A DNA stretch of 64,000 nt, from positions 62,001 through 126,000 of the IMG/VR virus record IMGVR_UViG_3300032287_004484; one strand, written 5' to 3'. Position numbers and translations under genes: made by a program. Shown piece after piece: positions 48,688 to 58,031 of the stretch. Numbering within the stretch: position 1 is the first letter of the stretch; the number at the start of each line of letters is the position of its first letter. The notes beneath the pieces are model-generated. The model was not told the DNA's origin. It saw nothing but the letters and a program-made list of their open reading frames with translations, and ran no database searches.

Positions 48688-50538
48688 ATGGAGAATAAGA
48701 ATATGACTGAAACTGAAATAGTTGAGCAACTTATAGCAGCAAAAGATGCCTACTATAATGGTGAACCATTTATGACAGATTCTGATTTTGATTTTTTAGA
48801 AAATAAATTAAAATTAATTAATCCAAAAAATAAATATTTCAACATGGTAGGTATTTCTTCTCCACATTCTAAAAAAATATCTCATTATTATCGTATGCGA
48901 TCTCTTCAAAAAGCTAACGATGAAAATGATTTTAGATTGTGGTATCAAAGAAATAAAATTCCTTTTAATACCAATTTAGCAGTGATGCATAAAATTGATG
49001 GATTATCAGGAAGCGCTAAATATGAAAATGGTAAAATAGTATATTTAGCAACAAGAGGTAATAGTTTAGAAGGACAAGACGTTTCACATTTGATACCTTA
49101 TATTAATATACCGCAAGAAATTTCAGAACAGGGTGCTGTTTATATTAGGGGAGAATTTGTAATTAAGAAAAACTCTTATCTTTCTAATTTATATCCAGAT
49201 TCACCTCTAAGAAATTTAGCCAGTGGCATTATTAATCGTAAAGAAATGTTAAGTGAAGCTAAGTATCTTTCATTTATAACTTATGGTTTAGAAGGTCAAT
49301 CTTATGAAACTGGTTTAGAAACAGAAAAAATCAAAAAATTAAAAGAATTTGGTTTTGATACTTTAAAGCCATTTCTTTGTGAAGATTATGCACAATTAAA
49401 ACAATTTTTAAGTGATGCAATTAATTGGAGAGAAGATGTTGAATATGAAATTGATGGAATTGTAATAGTAATTAACGATATTTCAATTCAAAGATCTTTA
49501 GAAGACGATAACGAACATCACCCACAATGGAACATAGCATGGAAATTTCCATCTCAAGGTTCTTGGACTACTTTAAAGAGTATTGAGTGGAATACTTCTA
49601 AACATGGTCGTTTAATTCCAGTTGGTATTTTTGAACCAGTTATTATAGGAGGAGCACAAATTACTCGTGCTACTTTAAATAACTATAAACAAATATTGGA
49701 TCTTAAATTAAATATTGGAGATTCTATTTTTGTACAAAGAGCAAATGATGTAATTCCAAAAATTACAGAATGTAAAAAAATAGTTCCTTACGAACCAATA
49801 CTAGATGTTAGATGTGGTTGCGGTACTTTTTCTGATTTAAGTTTAGATGGAGTTCATATTTATTGTAAGAATCCTAAGTGTAGAGAAAAAATAATTGAAC
49901 AAATTTTATTCTGGGTACAAAAAATTGGAATTGAATTTTTCTCAAGATCAACAATTACTACTCTTTATGATTTAGGTAAATTAAATTCAATAGAGGATCT
50001 TTATCGTTTAGATTATAGTACTTTATCTGGGATACATGGATTAGGAGATAAAAAAATCTATAATATTATAAACGAAGTAAAAAGAACTTCTTCTATGTCA
50101 CAGTTAGATTTTTTAAGTTCACTTGGTATTCCTATGGTTGGAAAAAGAGTATTTCAAAAATTAGGGATATTTACAATTCAAGATTTTTTAAACTGGAAAA
50201 GTTTTGCGTATGTTACTGGTGAAAAAATAATAGAATGGAAATCAGATTCTTTTAATATAGAATTATTTAATTCATTAGTAAAGTGTATTAATTTTACAGA
50301 AGAAGAAAAAATGAATTCTGCTAATAAAATTGGTGTTTGTGCGACTGGTAAGGGTCCATTTACTAGAAATGATTTAGTTAAAAAAATTAACGAATCTAAA
50401 GATTATTTCTGGGTTGATTCTATTAATAATTCTGTTAAAATACTTTTATGTGATGACCCAAGTGATAATTCGAGTAAATTACAAAAAGCAAGAAAAAGCG
50501 GGATTAAATTAGTAAAATATTCAGATTTTACTTTTTAA
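48688..50538 (+). CDS. ligA: NAD-dependent DNA ligase
   Basis: AYY..MTDSDFD, MRSL, KIDG active site, TRG, IRGE, DGIV, AWKF, Zn finger, HhH, BRCT. Confidence 0.95.
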   Translation: MENKNMTETEIVEQLIAAKDAYYNGEPFMTDSDFDFLENKLKLINPKNKYFNMVGISSPHSKKISHYYRMRSLQKANDENDFRLWYQRNKIPFNTNLAVMHKIDGLSGSAKYENGKIVYLATRGNSLEGQDVSHLIPYINIPQEISEQGAVYIRGEFVIKKNSYLSNLYPDSPLRNLASGIINRKEMLSEAKYLSFITYGLEGQSYETGLETEKIKKLKEFGFDTLKPFLCEDYAQLKQFLSDAINWREDVEYEIDGIVIVINDISIQRSLEDDNEHHPQWNIAWKFPSQGSWTTLKSIEWNTSKHGRLIPVGIFEPVIIGGAQITRATLNNYKQILDLKLNIGDSIFVQRANDVIPKITECKKIVPYEPILDVRCGCGTFSDLSLDGVHIYCKNPKCREKIIEQILFWVQKIGIEFFSRSTITTLYDLGKLNSIEDLYRLDYSTLSGIHGLGDKKIYNIINEVKRTSSMSQLDFLSSLGIPMVGKRVFQKLGIFTIQDFLNWKSFAYVTGEKIIEWKSDSFNIELFNSLVKCINFTEEEKMNSANKIGVCATGKGPFTRNDLVKKINESKDYFWVDSINNSVKILLCDDPSDNSSKLQKARKSGIKLVKYSDFTF

Positions 50539-50540
50539 AA

Positions 50541-50969
50541 TTACAAAATAAATGAAAGAACGTTATCTTCCTCATCTAAATAGGTAGATAACGGAAACTC
50601 ATTTGTTTTTTCATCTATAAGAATATCGTTATTACAAATTAAAATTGCATCTGGCCAATCATTATGTTCTTCTCTTAAAAAATCTAAGAATTTTTCTAGG
50701 TCATAAACTGTTAATATTTTATCTTCCTCAAATCCAGTTGAGTCAAATAATAGAAGATTTTCTTTTTCATCATATTCTATTGAATTTACGTCAAATTGTA
50801 ATTCTGTATCATCACTTATTTGAATTGAATATTCAAGTTTTGTATCTTTCCAATTATCATAATTTTCTTTACAAAAATTAATCATTTGTTGAATTTCATT
50901 ACATTTCAAATAAGGCGTCATATCACTCATTATTTCATTTAATAAATCTTTAAAGAAATCTTCTTCCAT
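50541..50969 (-). CDS. very acidic hypothetical protein with internal duplication
   Basis: About 38 D/E vs about 10 K/R in 142 aa (hand count); AGGAGA RBS. Confidence 0.75.
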   Translation of the reverse strand: MEEDFFKDLLNEIMSDMTPYLKCNEIQQMINFCKENYDNWKDTKLEYSIQISDDTELQFDVNSIEYDEKENLLLFDSTGFEEDKILTVYDLEKFLDFLREEHNDWPDAILICNNDILIDEKTNEFPLSTYLDEEDNVLSFIL

Positions 50970-51053
50970 TTTATTTCTCCTAATAAAATATCTTTATGTT
51001 ATATTTAAAATTACTTCTATACTTTATTGATTGTATAGTTTAAAGTGATATTT

Positions 51054-51091
51054 TTTTGGGTTTAAACACTTAATACAAAAAATAGTAGTAT
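51054..51091 (+). promoter_or_regulatory. promoter for sRNA unit 1 (TTTTGGGTT-TAAACA-N17-TAGTAT)
   Basis: -35 at 51063-51068, -10 at 51086-51091. Confidence 0.7.
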
Positions 51092-51097
51092 ATATTA

Positions 51098-51194
51098 TAG
51101 AAAAGAAAAAATAATAAAAGCAATTCTAATTTTTAATTTCGTCTCCAGTAAAATTCCTAGTCCACTCTAAGAAATTAGAGTGGATATTTTTTTT
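51098..51194 (+). ncRNA. putative small RNA 1
   Basis: Promoter, A-rich leader, conserved 30-nt core 51120-51149, terminator; no start codon; 5' end inferred from promoter position. Confidence 0.65.
51161..51194 (+). terminator. intrinsic terminator
   Basis: tccactctaa-GAAA-ttagagtgga followed by ta and T8. Confidence 0.9.
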
Positions 51195-51208
51195 ATCTAA
51201 AGATTTTC

Positions 51209-51246
51209 TTTTAGGTTTATACATCTAGTATAATAAATAGTAAAGT
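51209..51246 (+). promoter_or_regulatory. promoter for sRNA unit 2 (TTTTAGGTT-TATACA-N17-TAAAGT)
   Basis: -35 at 51218-51223, exactly 155 bp after the previous copy. Confidence 0.7.
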
Positions 51247-51252
51247 AGTTAT

Positions 51253-51349
51253 ATAATAAAAAAAAACGCAATTCTAATTTACAATTTTGTCTCCAGTTTA
51301 AATTTAAGTTTTTAGATCCACCCTGAGAAATCAGGGTGGATATTTTTTT
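51253..51349 (+). ncRNA. putative small RNA 2
   Basis: Core 51268-51297 is 27/30 identical to unit 1; same architecture and length. Confidence 0.65.
51316..51349 (+). terminator. intrinsic terminator
   Basis: atccaccctga-GAAA-tcagggtggat followed by a and T7. Confidence 0.9.
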
Positions 51350-51363
51350 ATTTAACGGTCTAT

Positions 51364-51401
51364 TTTTAGGTTTATACATTAAATTTACAAAATAATATAA
51401 T
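51364..51401 (+). promoter_or_regulatory. promoter TTTTAGGTT-TATACA-N17-TATAAT for 51433 onward
   Basis: -35 at 51373-51378, again 155 bp after the previous copy. Confidence 0.8.
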
Positions 51402-51432
51402 AGAAAGAAATAAATATAGAAAAATATATAAT

Positions 51433-51771
51433 ATGGAAGAAGAAGAAAAAAGTAATTCTTTTGGATTAGAAGGAAATCAAGAAAGATATGATGATAATGT
51501 TGATAAATTTCTTAAAAGAATACAAGATTTTAAAAAAAATCACTGGAACTCCGTAGATCATATTGTAGATGTTTCTATTACAAATTTTATTTTATTAGAA
51601 CATTTTTTAACTATTATTATTTCAAAAGTAGTAGAAATTCAAAATAGAGGAGATTCTTCTTTTAATAAAGAAGAAAAAATAGAGGAAGTATTTGAAAACT
51701 TATTAAGTGCTTTTTCTATCTATAAAGAAGATTTATTAGAGATATTAGCTAAAAATAGAGATGAGGAGTGA
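51433..51771 (+). CDS. hypothetical protein
   Basis: 112-aa ORF downstream of a promoter. Confidence 0.7.
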   Translation: MEEEEKSNSFGLEGNQERYDDNVDKFLKRIQDFKKNHWNSVDHIVDVSITNFILLEHFLTIIISKVVEIQNRGDSSFNKEEKIEEVFENLLSAFSIYKEDLLEILAKNRDEE

Positions 51772-51774
51772 AAG

Positions 51775-52575
51775 GTGAAAACAATAATAATTGATGGAAA
51801 TTATGTTTTACATAAAAATTTTTATGTATTTAAAAATTTTACAAAAAATAATTTAATGACTGGAACAACTTATGGTTTTTTAAAAGATATTATAAAATTA
51901 TCGGAAAAATTCCAAACTAACGATTTTCATGTTACTTGGGATTCAAGATCTTTTAGAAAAGATTTAAGTACAGACTATAAAGCTAATAGAGTTCATGATC
52001 CAGAAAATAATCCATATAAAGATCACGATCTTGTGATTGATGCATTAGATGCTATTGGCGTTAATCAATATAAGTTTCCAGAAATGGAAGGTGATGATTT
52101 AATTTATTCTTTATCTAAGAAATTTAGTGATGTAATTATTTACTCAAGAGATAAAGATCTTTATCAGTGTATTAAAGATAATGTTTCAGTGATCACTGAG
52201 TTAGATAAAGATACTATTATTGGATTAAATAATTTTGAAGAGTTGTATGGATTTCCATTCAATAGAGATAATTTTGTTCTTTATAAGTGTGTTGTTGGGG
52301 ATGGAAGTGATAATGTTAAAGGTATTCCTAGATTTAGAAAAAAAGATATTATAGAATACATTAATACTGGTAAAACAAAAGATAAATCGTTACAAATTTT
52401 AAATGAAAATACTGATTTAATTGAAAGAAATAAAAAGATGTTTCAATTAGTAGATGTTCCAGAATTAAAACCAATCAAAGTTTCTTATTTTGATGAAACA
52501 AAAATTAGTGATATTTGGAATAAAACTGAGATAAAACTTTTAATCTCTGAACAAATTAAAAAACTAAAAAAATAA
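51775..52575 (+). CDS. 5'-3' exonuclease / flap endonuclease (T4 RNase H-like)
   Basis: IIDGN, WDS, YKANR, EGDDLI, SRDKDLYQ, GDGSDNVKGIP. Confidence 0.93.
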   Translation: MKTIIIDGNYVLHKNFYVFKNFTKNNLMTGTTYGFLKDIIKLSEKFQTNDFHVTWDSRSFRKDLSTDYKANRVHDPENNPYKDHDLVIDALDAIGVNQYKFPEMEGDDLIYSLSKKFSDVIIYSRDKDLYQCIKDNVSVITELDKDTIIGLNNFEELYGFPFNRDNFVLYKCVVGDGSDNVKGIPRFRKKDIIEYINTGKTKDKSLQILNENTDLIERNKKMFQLVDVPELKPIKVSYFDETKISDIWNKTEIKLLISEQIKKLKK

Positions 52576-52589
52576 ATATCATTTTCTTG

Positions 52590-52623
52590 TTTTCTCCTAT
52601 ATATAATCTTATATAGGAGAAAA
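52590..52623 (+). promoter_or_regulatory. 14-bp hairpin sequestering the AGGAGA RBS of 52629
   Basis: ttttctcctatata-taatct-tatataggagaaaa. Confidence 0.7.
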
Positions 52624-52628
52624 ATAAA

Positions 52629-53540
52629 TTGGCAATAAGAAACCCTTCCCAAGATGAAATAGAAAAGCTTTATAAAAAAACAGAAGAAGTTATCCTTAAA
52701 AAGGATGAAATTAATTCTGGTGCTTCTAAGCCTAGTCCTTCTAATGTTAAAGAATTAAAAAATATTAATCCAAATAAAGAACTAATACCTAAAAAATCAC
52801 GTTTTGAACCAGACGCTGTAAAATGTGAATTAATATCTGGTTCTAGATATGTTGAAGATGGTTATATATATGTTAGAAGATTAAATACAGAAGAAGAATC
52901 TAAATTATCAGGGATAAATAATTCTGATACTTTAAATTCTAGCGTTAATACTATATTTGAAACAGCAATTAAAAGTAATGTATCAATTTATGAAATGCCT
53001 TTAATTGATAAAATGTACGTGTTTGCTTTTATTTTAGGAATTTCATATTCTGACACGATTCAGGTTAATGATTTAATAAATTGTAAAACTTGTAAAGATG
53101 ATTATCCTTATAAAATAAGTTTTTTAAATGATTTAAAGTTAGAAAAATTAAAAGAAGATATATCTGTCCCTTTTAAAGTAACTTTAACTTCTTTTGAAGA
53201 TCCACATGAATTATGTTTTAATTTACCTAAAATAAAAAATGAAAAATTCTTTTATAATAAAGATATTAGTGAAATTATATCTAGTATTACTCTTTATCTC
53301 AGGGATAAAGATGGTGTTGATATACCTAAAGAAGAATGGTCTGATATAATGAAGTGGATTTCAAATGATGATAAAAAAGCAATAACTGAAATATTAACTA
53401 ATGTTAATTATTATGGTGAAAATTTTAATTTAATAGTTGATGATAAATGTAAAAATCCTAATTGTTGTATGAGAGGAGAATCAGTGACTTTTAAAATAGA
53501 CGATTTATTTTCAAAATTAATTATTGGTATATCTTCTTAA
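52629..53540 (+). CDS. baseplate hub assembly chaperone (T4 gp26-like)
   Basis: LISGSRY..IYVRRLNTEEE, DKMY..GISY, CKTC, CKNPNC; TTG start. Confidence 0.7.
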   Translation: MAIRNPSQDEIEKLYKKTEEVILKKDEINSGASKPSPSNVKELKNINPNKELIPKKSRFEPDAVKCELISGSRYVEDGYIYVRRLNTEEESKLSGINNSDTLNSSVNTIFETAIKSNVSIYEMPLIDKMYVFAFILGISYSDTIQVNDLINCKTCKDDYPYKISFLNDLKLEKLKEDISVPFKVTLTSFEDPHELCFNLPKIKNEKFFYNKDISEIISSITLYLRDKDGVDIPKEEWSDIMKWISNDDKKAITEILTNVNYYGENFNLIVDDKCKNPNCCMRGESVTFKIDDLFSKLIIGISS

Positions 53541-53542
53541 TA

Positions 53543-54454
53543 ATGAATTTTTATAAACCATTATTATTACCATCTAATAATGTCCCTTATGATTCTATTG
53601 TTTCTATCAAAGAACCTGATGTATCTTTTTTACTGCAATTAAAAACAAGTTTTTTAGATTCATCAGAAATTGAAATGATATATGCTTTAATAAAAAAATA
53701 TACTGATATTGTTGATCCTAAAAAATTGTACTATAAAGATGCTCAATATTTATTTTATTATTTTTTTACAATTATTAATTCTAGTGACGAAATAAAGATT
53801 CCAAGCGTTTGTTTTAAATGCGATCACGATGTTGATTTGTTAGTTAATTTATCTGATTTTGATACTGTTTTTGCTAAAAAAGAACATTTTGAAATTAAAA
53901 AAATAAAGATTAATGGATTTGAATTTTATTTTAGAAACAGGCTATTTTCAGATAATATTTTTACTGGTATGATTAATTTAGAAAATAAAAATAATCAATT
54001 AAAAAATATTATTAATTTTATTAAACCACAATGTATGAAAGTAATTTATAATGATGAAGAATTTTCTGGTGAATATATTGAGGATGCATTAATAGAAATA
54101 GGTTATCAAAATTCATTAAATGTTTTTGAGGAACTAAGAAGCGAACCATGGGGAATAGATTCTTATTTTTTTTATAATTGTAGTAAATGTGGAGAAAAAA
54201 ATAAAACATATTTAAGTGATCCTTTTAGATCATCTTTTTATTTTTCTAAAGAAAAAAGTGGAGGTAATTTAGAGTTATTACATTCATTATTAGAAATATC
54301 ATCTTTTAAAATAATAAGTTTTGACGATATGCTAAATATTCCTTTAAGTTTATGGGAAAGTACTGTTAGTCATGTTAATAAAATTATCAAAAAAAAATAT
54401 TCTACAAAAGATTCAGTTGGTTATTTAGATCAATTTCAAGAGGAATTAGAGTAA
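53543..54454 (+). CDS. second gp26/gp51-like baseplate chaperone
   Basis: LLLPSN..Y, CFKC, CSKCG, C-terminal DMLNIPL. Confidence 0.65.
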   Translation: MNFYKPLLLPSNNVPYDSIVSIKEPDVSFLLQLKTSFLDSSEIEMIYALIKKYTDIVDPKKLYYKDAQYLFYYFFTIINSSDEIKIPSVCFKCDHDVDLLVNLSDFDTVFAKKEHFEIKKIKINGFEFYFRNRLFSDNIFTGMINLENKNNQLKNIINFIKPQCMKVIYNDEEFSGEYIEDALIEIGYQNSLNVFEELRSEPWGIDSYFFYNCSKCGEKNKTYLSDPFRSSFYFSKEKSGGNLELLHSLLEISSFKIISFDDMLNIPLSLWESTVSHVNKIIKKKYSTKDSVGYLDQFQEELE

Positions 54455-54460
54455 TTATAT

Positions 54461-55141
54461 ATGTATATAGATAAAAAAGGAAGAAAAGAAATGGAAGATA
54501 TGATATTTTCATTTCTAAAAGAAAGCGAGGATGGTAAAGTTATGACTAAAGGCGCTGATCGTATAATGTCACGCTTTTATTCTAAATATGTTGATAAAAT
54601 AATTAATGGAGTTATTTTTTCACCTAAATTTAAACTTTATACATTTGGAGATCCAGAAGATTTATTTCAAGTTGCTAGGATAGAAGTTTATAAAAGTATA
54701 GTTAAAAAACAATGGGTACCCGAAAGAGGATCTATTTTTAATTTTCTCACAACAGTTGTAAAAAAGAATTTAACTTGGTACACGATAAATCAATCAAAAA
54801 AGAATAATAGAATTAGCGATTTTGAATTTGAAAAAATTATTAATAGTGATGATTTTTCTTATGAAGAACATAATGATAATTTTTTTGTCATGCAATATAT
54901 TTTTGATGAAATAGAATTATTTTTTATTGGAAAATCAAAAATGGAAAAACTAAGTAAGGTTTTTATTGAATATTGGAAAATTAATATGGGTAAAAAATTT
55001 ATTAAAAAGAATTTTATAGAGTATGCTTCAACATATACTTTTTCACCTTCTTTATGTCATGCTTTTTTTTCTAATTTAAAGAAAATACAAAGCATTAAAA
55101 AAATTATAGGTCAAATAGAGGAAGAAAATTTTAGGTCATGA
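54461..55141 (+). CDS. phage sigma factor (gp55-like, late transcription)
   Basis: Region-2-like EDLFQVARIEVYKSI..PERGSIFNFLTTVVKKNL. Confidence 0.7.
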   Translation: MYIDKKGRKEMEDMIFSFLKESEDGKVMTKGADRIMSRFYSKYVDKIINGVIFSPKFKLYTFGDPEDLFQVARIEVYKSIVKKQWVPERGSIFNFLTTVVKKNLTWYTINQSKKNNRISDFEFEKIINSDDFSYEEHNDNFFVMQYIFDEIELFFIGKSKMEKLSKVFIEYWKINMGKKFIKKNFIEYASTYTFSPSLCHAFFSNLKKIQSIKKIIGQIEEENFRS

Positions 55142-55195
55142 ATCATAAAATTATAAAAAGAAAAGTAAAATATATTAATAACATAAAAATATAAT

Positions 55196-55816
55196 ATGAA
55201 TTTATATAACGTTTTAATTTCAATTTTTGAAGAAAAATTAGAAGATGATAAAAAAGAAGATGTAAAAGATGTAAAAACGATTGAGGATTTTATTGATAAT
55301 TATAAAATTTTTAATATTAAAAATTTAACTGTTTCTTTTGGATATAGTACATTAGGATTAGAAGCTTCTGAAAATTTAGAATCAATAAATTTAAATGATT
55401 TGAAAAATATTGAAGGGTTAGAAATTGAAACAGGAAACGTTTTTGAAATTAATAATAACAATGTAACAAAAGTTCTTTTATATATAAAAACAAAATTACA
55501 AAGATCAATTAATCAAAAAGTATCTGCTGGAGGAACTCTTTTACCATTTATAATTATTATTTCTTGGTCGTATCTTGGTATAAATTATATTTTAACATCA
55601 AATTATACTAATAAAAAGCTTATTATATATGAATATAGTATAAATGGAAGTAAAAATCAAGTTGAGAAAATAAATAGATTTATTTCTAAAAGAGGTATAA
55701 TTAAAAATTCTCCTTTTAGATTATTAGGCTCAATTTTAGTTTATCATGATTGGGTATACGATTGGAATATGATTGATTTCAAAAAAGATGTTGAAGAAAG
55801 AAGATTGAATGAATAA
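55196..55816 (+). CDS. hypothetical protein
   Basis: 206-aa ORF in an operon. Confidence 0.65.
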   Translation: MNLYNVLISIFEEKLEDDKKEDVKDVKTIEDFIDNYKIFNIKNLTVSFGYSTLGLEASENLESINLNDLKNIEGLEIETGNVFEINNNNVTKVLLYIKTKLQRSINQKVSAGGTLLPFIIIISWSYLGINYILTSNYTNKKLIIYEYSINGSKNQVEKINRFISKRGIIKNSPFRLLGSILVYHDWVYDWNMIDFKKDVEERRLNE

Positions 55817-56174
55817 TAATGAATTGAAAAAAGTAGAATCAGGAGATATAGGAATAGTATTAAATCGTCTTGCTGATTTATTAGAAAAAACAGTTTTAAT
55901 ATTTGAAGAGACAAGAAAAAAAGCAATTGATAATCATGATTATTTTAAAGGACTAATGGAAAATCATCATAATGAAGATTCAACTATTAGCGAAGATGGA
56001 GTTCTTGAAAAAGCAACGAACGATTCTATGAAATTAGTTATAGAAAGTTCAAAAACGTTAGAGCAACCAATTAATACTCTTACTAAAATTCTAACAACAA
56101 AAATGGCACTTGATGCTGCTAAAGAGGGTGCTGGATTGATTTTAAGACCAATAAATATAGATGATTTTAAATAA
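55809..56174 (+). CDS. possible terminase small subunit
   Basis: Helical 121-aa protein immediately upstream of the large subunit; positional inference only. Confidence 0.4.
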   Translation: MNNNELKKVESGDIGIVLNRLADLLEKTVLIFEETRKKAIDNHDYFKGLMENHHNEDSTISEDGVLEKATNDSMKLVIESSKTLEQPINTLTKILTTKMALDAAKEGAGLILRPINIDDFK

Positions 56175-56201
56175 AAATCATTTAATTTACAATTAAAAAT
56201 T

Positions 56202-58031
56202 ATGGATGAAGAATTATTTAGAGAACAATATAATAATGATTTAATTGCATCAGAAAAAATGTGCAAAGAAATAGATTATAAATTAAAACAACTTGGTAAT
56301 CTTGCTAATCCTGATGTAAACATGGTTAAAACAGTTGTTAGAGAATGTACTAATATAGAAGAAAAAAGCGCTTTCTTATTTTTCGCACGAGCTTTTGGAT
56401 ATGTTCCGCATCCAACTCGGGGAAAAGTTGCGATGTATGAATCTATGTATAACTGGCAAAAAATAGCAGCTGTTAAGTTTTTAACTGGAACTAGATTTAT
56501 TTCTAAAAAGGTTCGTCAAATTGGTGCTACTACTTTTGTTTCTACTTATTTTCTTTGGAGAGCACTTTTTTATGGAAATACTAACGCTTTTATATTATCT
56601 CTAGGATCAAGAGAATCAACAGACGTTTTAAGTAGAGTTACTTTTATGTATAATGCTTTACCAGCTTGGCTTAAAACTCCTCTGCTTGAAGGTGCAAAAA
56701 CAAGTATAATGTTTAAGAATAATAGTAAAGTAATTGCTCTTCCAGGTACTCCAGATGCTCTTAGAGGTAGATCTTCAACTTCTATTATTTTAGATGAGTT
56801 TGCTTTTTTAAATCACGCTGATAAAATATTATCAGCAGCTGTTCCATCTCTTTCTATGGGGTTTTTAACTCCATTTACAAACTCTTCTCTACCATCTCAA
56901 TTATTTATTATTTCTACTTTTCCATTAGTAGATAGTGATAATAATGAATATGTAAGATTATATAAAAATTCTATATATGGTGATTCAGAGTTTAAAATCT
57001 TATCTGTTTTTACAGATGATGTTCCAGAGTATAGTAATTCTAGTTGGCGTAAAAGTATGCTAGAAACTCTAGGTCCAAAGAAATATGCTGTGGAAATAGA
57101 AGGAAAAATGAACATGACACTTGATAATTCATTTTTCCCAGAACACGTTATTGCTGAATTACAACCAAAACAACCACTTAGAACTGATTTCTTATCTCAA
57201 GATGATGTTGATGAATATGGATTTCCTGTTAATATTGATTCAATAACTAGTGCTAGAGAAAATTATGATCCATCAATTGGATATATTAAAAATTTATGGA
57301 TTTGGGCAGATCCATTACCTAAAAAAGATTATGCAATAACAGTAGACGTTTCTGCTGGTGTTGGTAACGATTATAGTTCTATTCAAATTATTGATTTAGA
57401 AGAACAAAACCAAGTAGGAGAATATTATTCTAATAAAGTATCTTTAGAAGATTTTAAGCATATAATAAGGGATATTGCTTTTTTCTATAATAATGCCAAA
57501 CTATCAATAGAAAGAAATTCTCTAGGTGCACCTCTTTGTTCTTTCTTTTATGAAACTTTAAAATATGAAAATTTTTATATTCATAGAAAAGGTAAAAATT
57601 CTTATATTGAAGGATTTCCTGTAACTAGTGCTAATAGAGGAGCAATATTAGCAACTCTACAAAGTGCTCTAATAAAAAAAGAAATAACTATTAATTCTAT
57701 TAGAACAATTAATGAAATTAGAACTTTCGTTTTTTTACCAAATGGAAGACTTGGCGCTAGTATTGGAAATCACGATGATTTAATTTTAGCTTTAGCACAA
57801 TATGCTTTTTTAAGAGAAGTATTTTTTAATACAGCAACTATGTCTGACTATGGAGAAGATTTTTTAAGAAAAGTTGAAATGGAAGCTGAAAAAATTAAAA
57901 TAAGACACTATATGAATGGTCCTCTTGCTGACGAGGATGATGCAGAAAGAGAATTACAAAATATTATGGCTGGTTATGCGGTTGATCCACATTCTTTAAG
58001 ACAGTGGAAAAACTCAATGAAAGATTTTTAA
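56202..58031 (+). CDS. terL: terminase large subunit (T4 gp17-like)
   Basis: KVRQIGATT Walker A, LRG..IILDEFAF Walker B, VDVSAGVGNDYS, IERN, HDDL. Confidence 0.95.
   Translation: MDEELFREQYNNDLIASEKMCKEIDYKLKQLGNLANPDVNMVKTVVRECTNIEEKSAFLFFARAFGYVPHPTRGKVAMYESMYNWQKIAAVKFLTGTRFISKKVRQIGATTFVSTYFLWRALFYGNTNAFILSLGSRESTDVLSRVTFMYNALPAWLKTPLLEGAKTSIMFKNNSKVIALPGTPDALRGRSSTSIILDEFAFLNHADKILSAAVPSLSMGFLTPFTNSSLPSQLFIISTFPLVDSDNNEYVRLYKNSIYGDSEFKILSVFTDDVPEYSNSSWRKSMLETLGPKKYAVEIEGKMNMTLDNSFFPEHVIAELQPKQPLRTDFLSQDDVDEYGFPVNIDSITSARENYDPSIGYIKNLWIWADPLPKKDYAITVDVSAGVGNDYSSIQIIDLEEQNQVGEYYSNKVSLEDFKHIIRDIAFFYNNAKLSIERNSLGAPLCSFFYETLKYENFYIHRKGKNSYIEGFPVTSANRGAILATLQSALIKKEITINSIRTINEIRTFVFLPNGRLGASIGNHDDLILALAQYAFLREVFFNTATMSDYGEDFLRKVEMEAEKIKIRHYMNGPLADEDDAERELQNIMAGYAVDPHSLRQWKNSMKDF

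Noticed and set aside
51197-51379. 60-aa minus-strand ORF in the track
   Set aside because: No RBS; it runs antisense across a promoter, the conserved core and a terminator whose U-tract points the other way; unit 1 has no equivalent ORF
51054-51401. CRISPR mini-array interpretation of the repeats
   Set aside because: Only two imperfect cores 148 bp apart, each with its own promoter and terminator; no spacer-sized intervals and no cas genes
48688-58031. Inteins or introns in ligase and terminase
   Set aside because: Both have normal length with motifs in order and no visible splicing motifs or frame breaks
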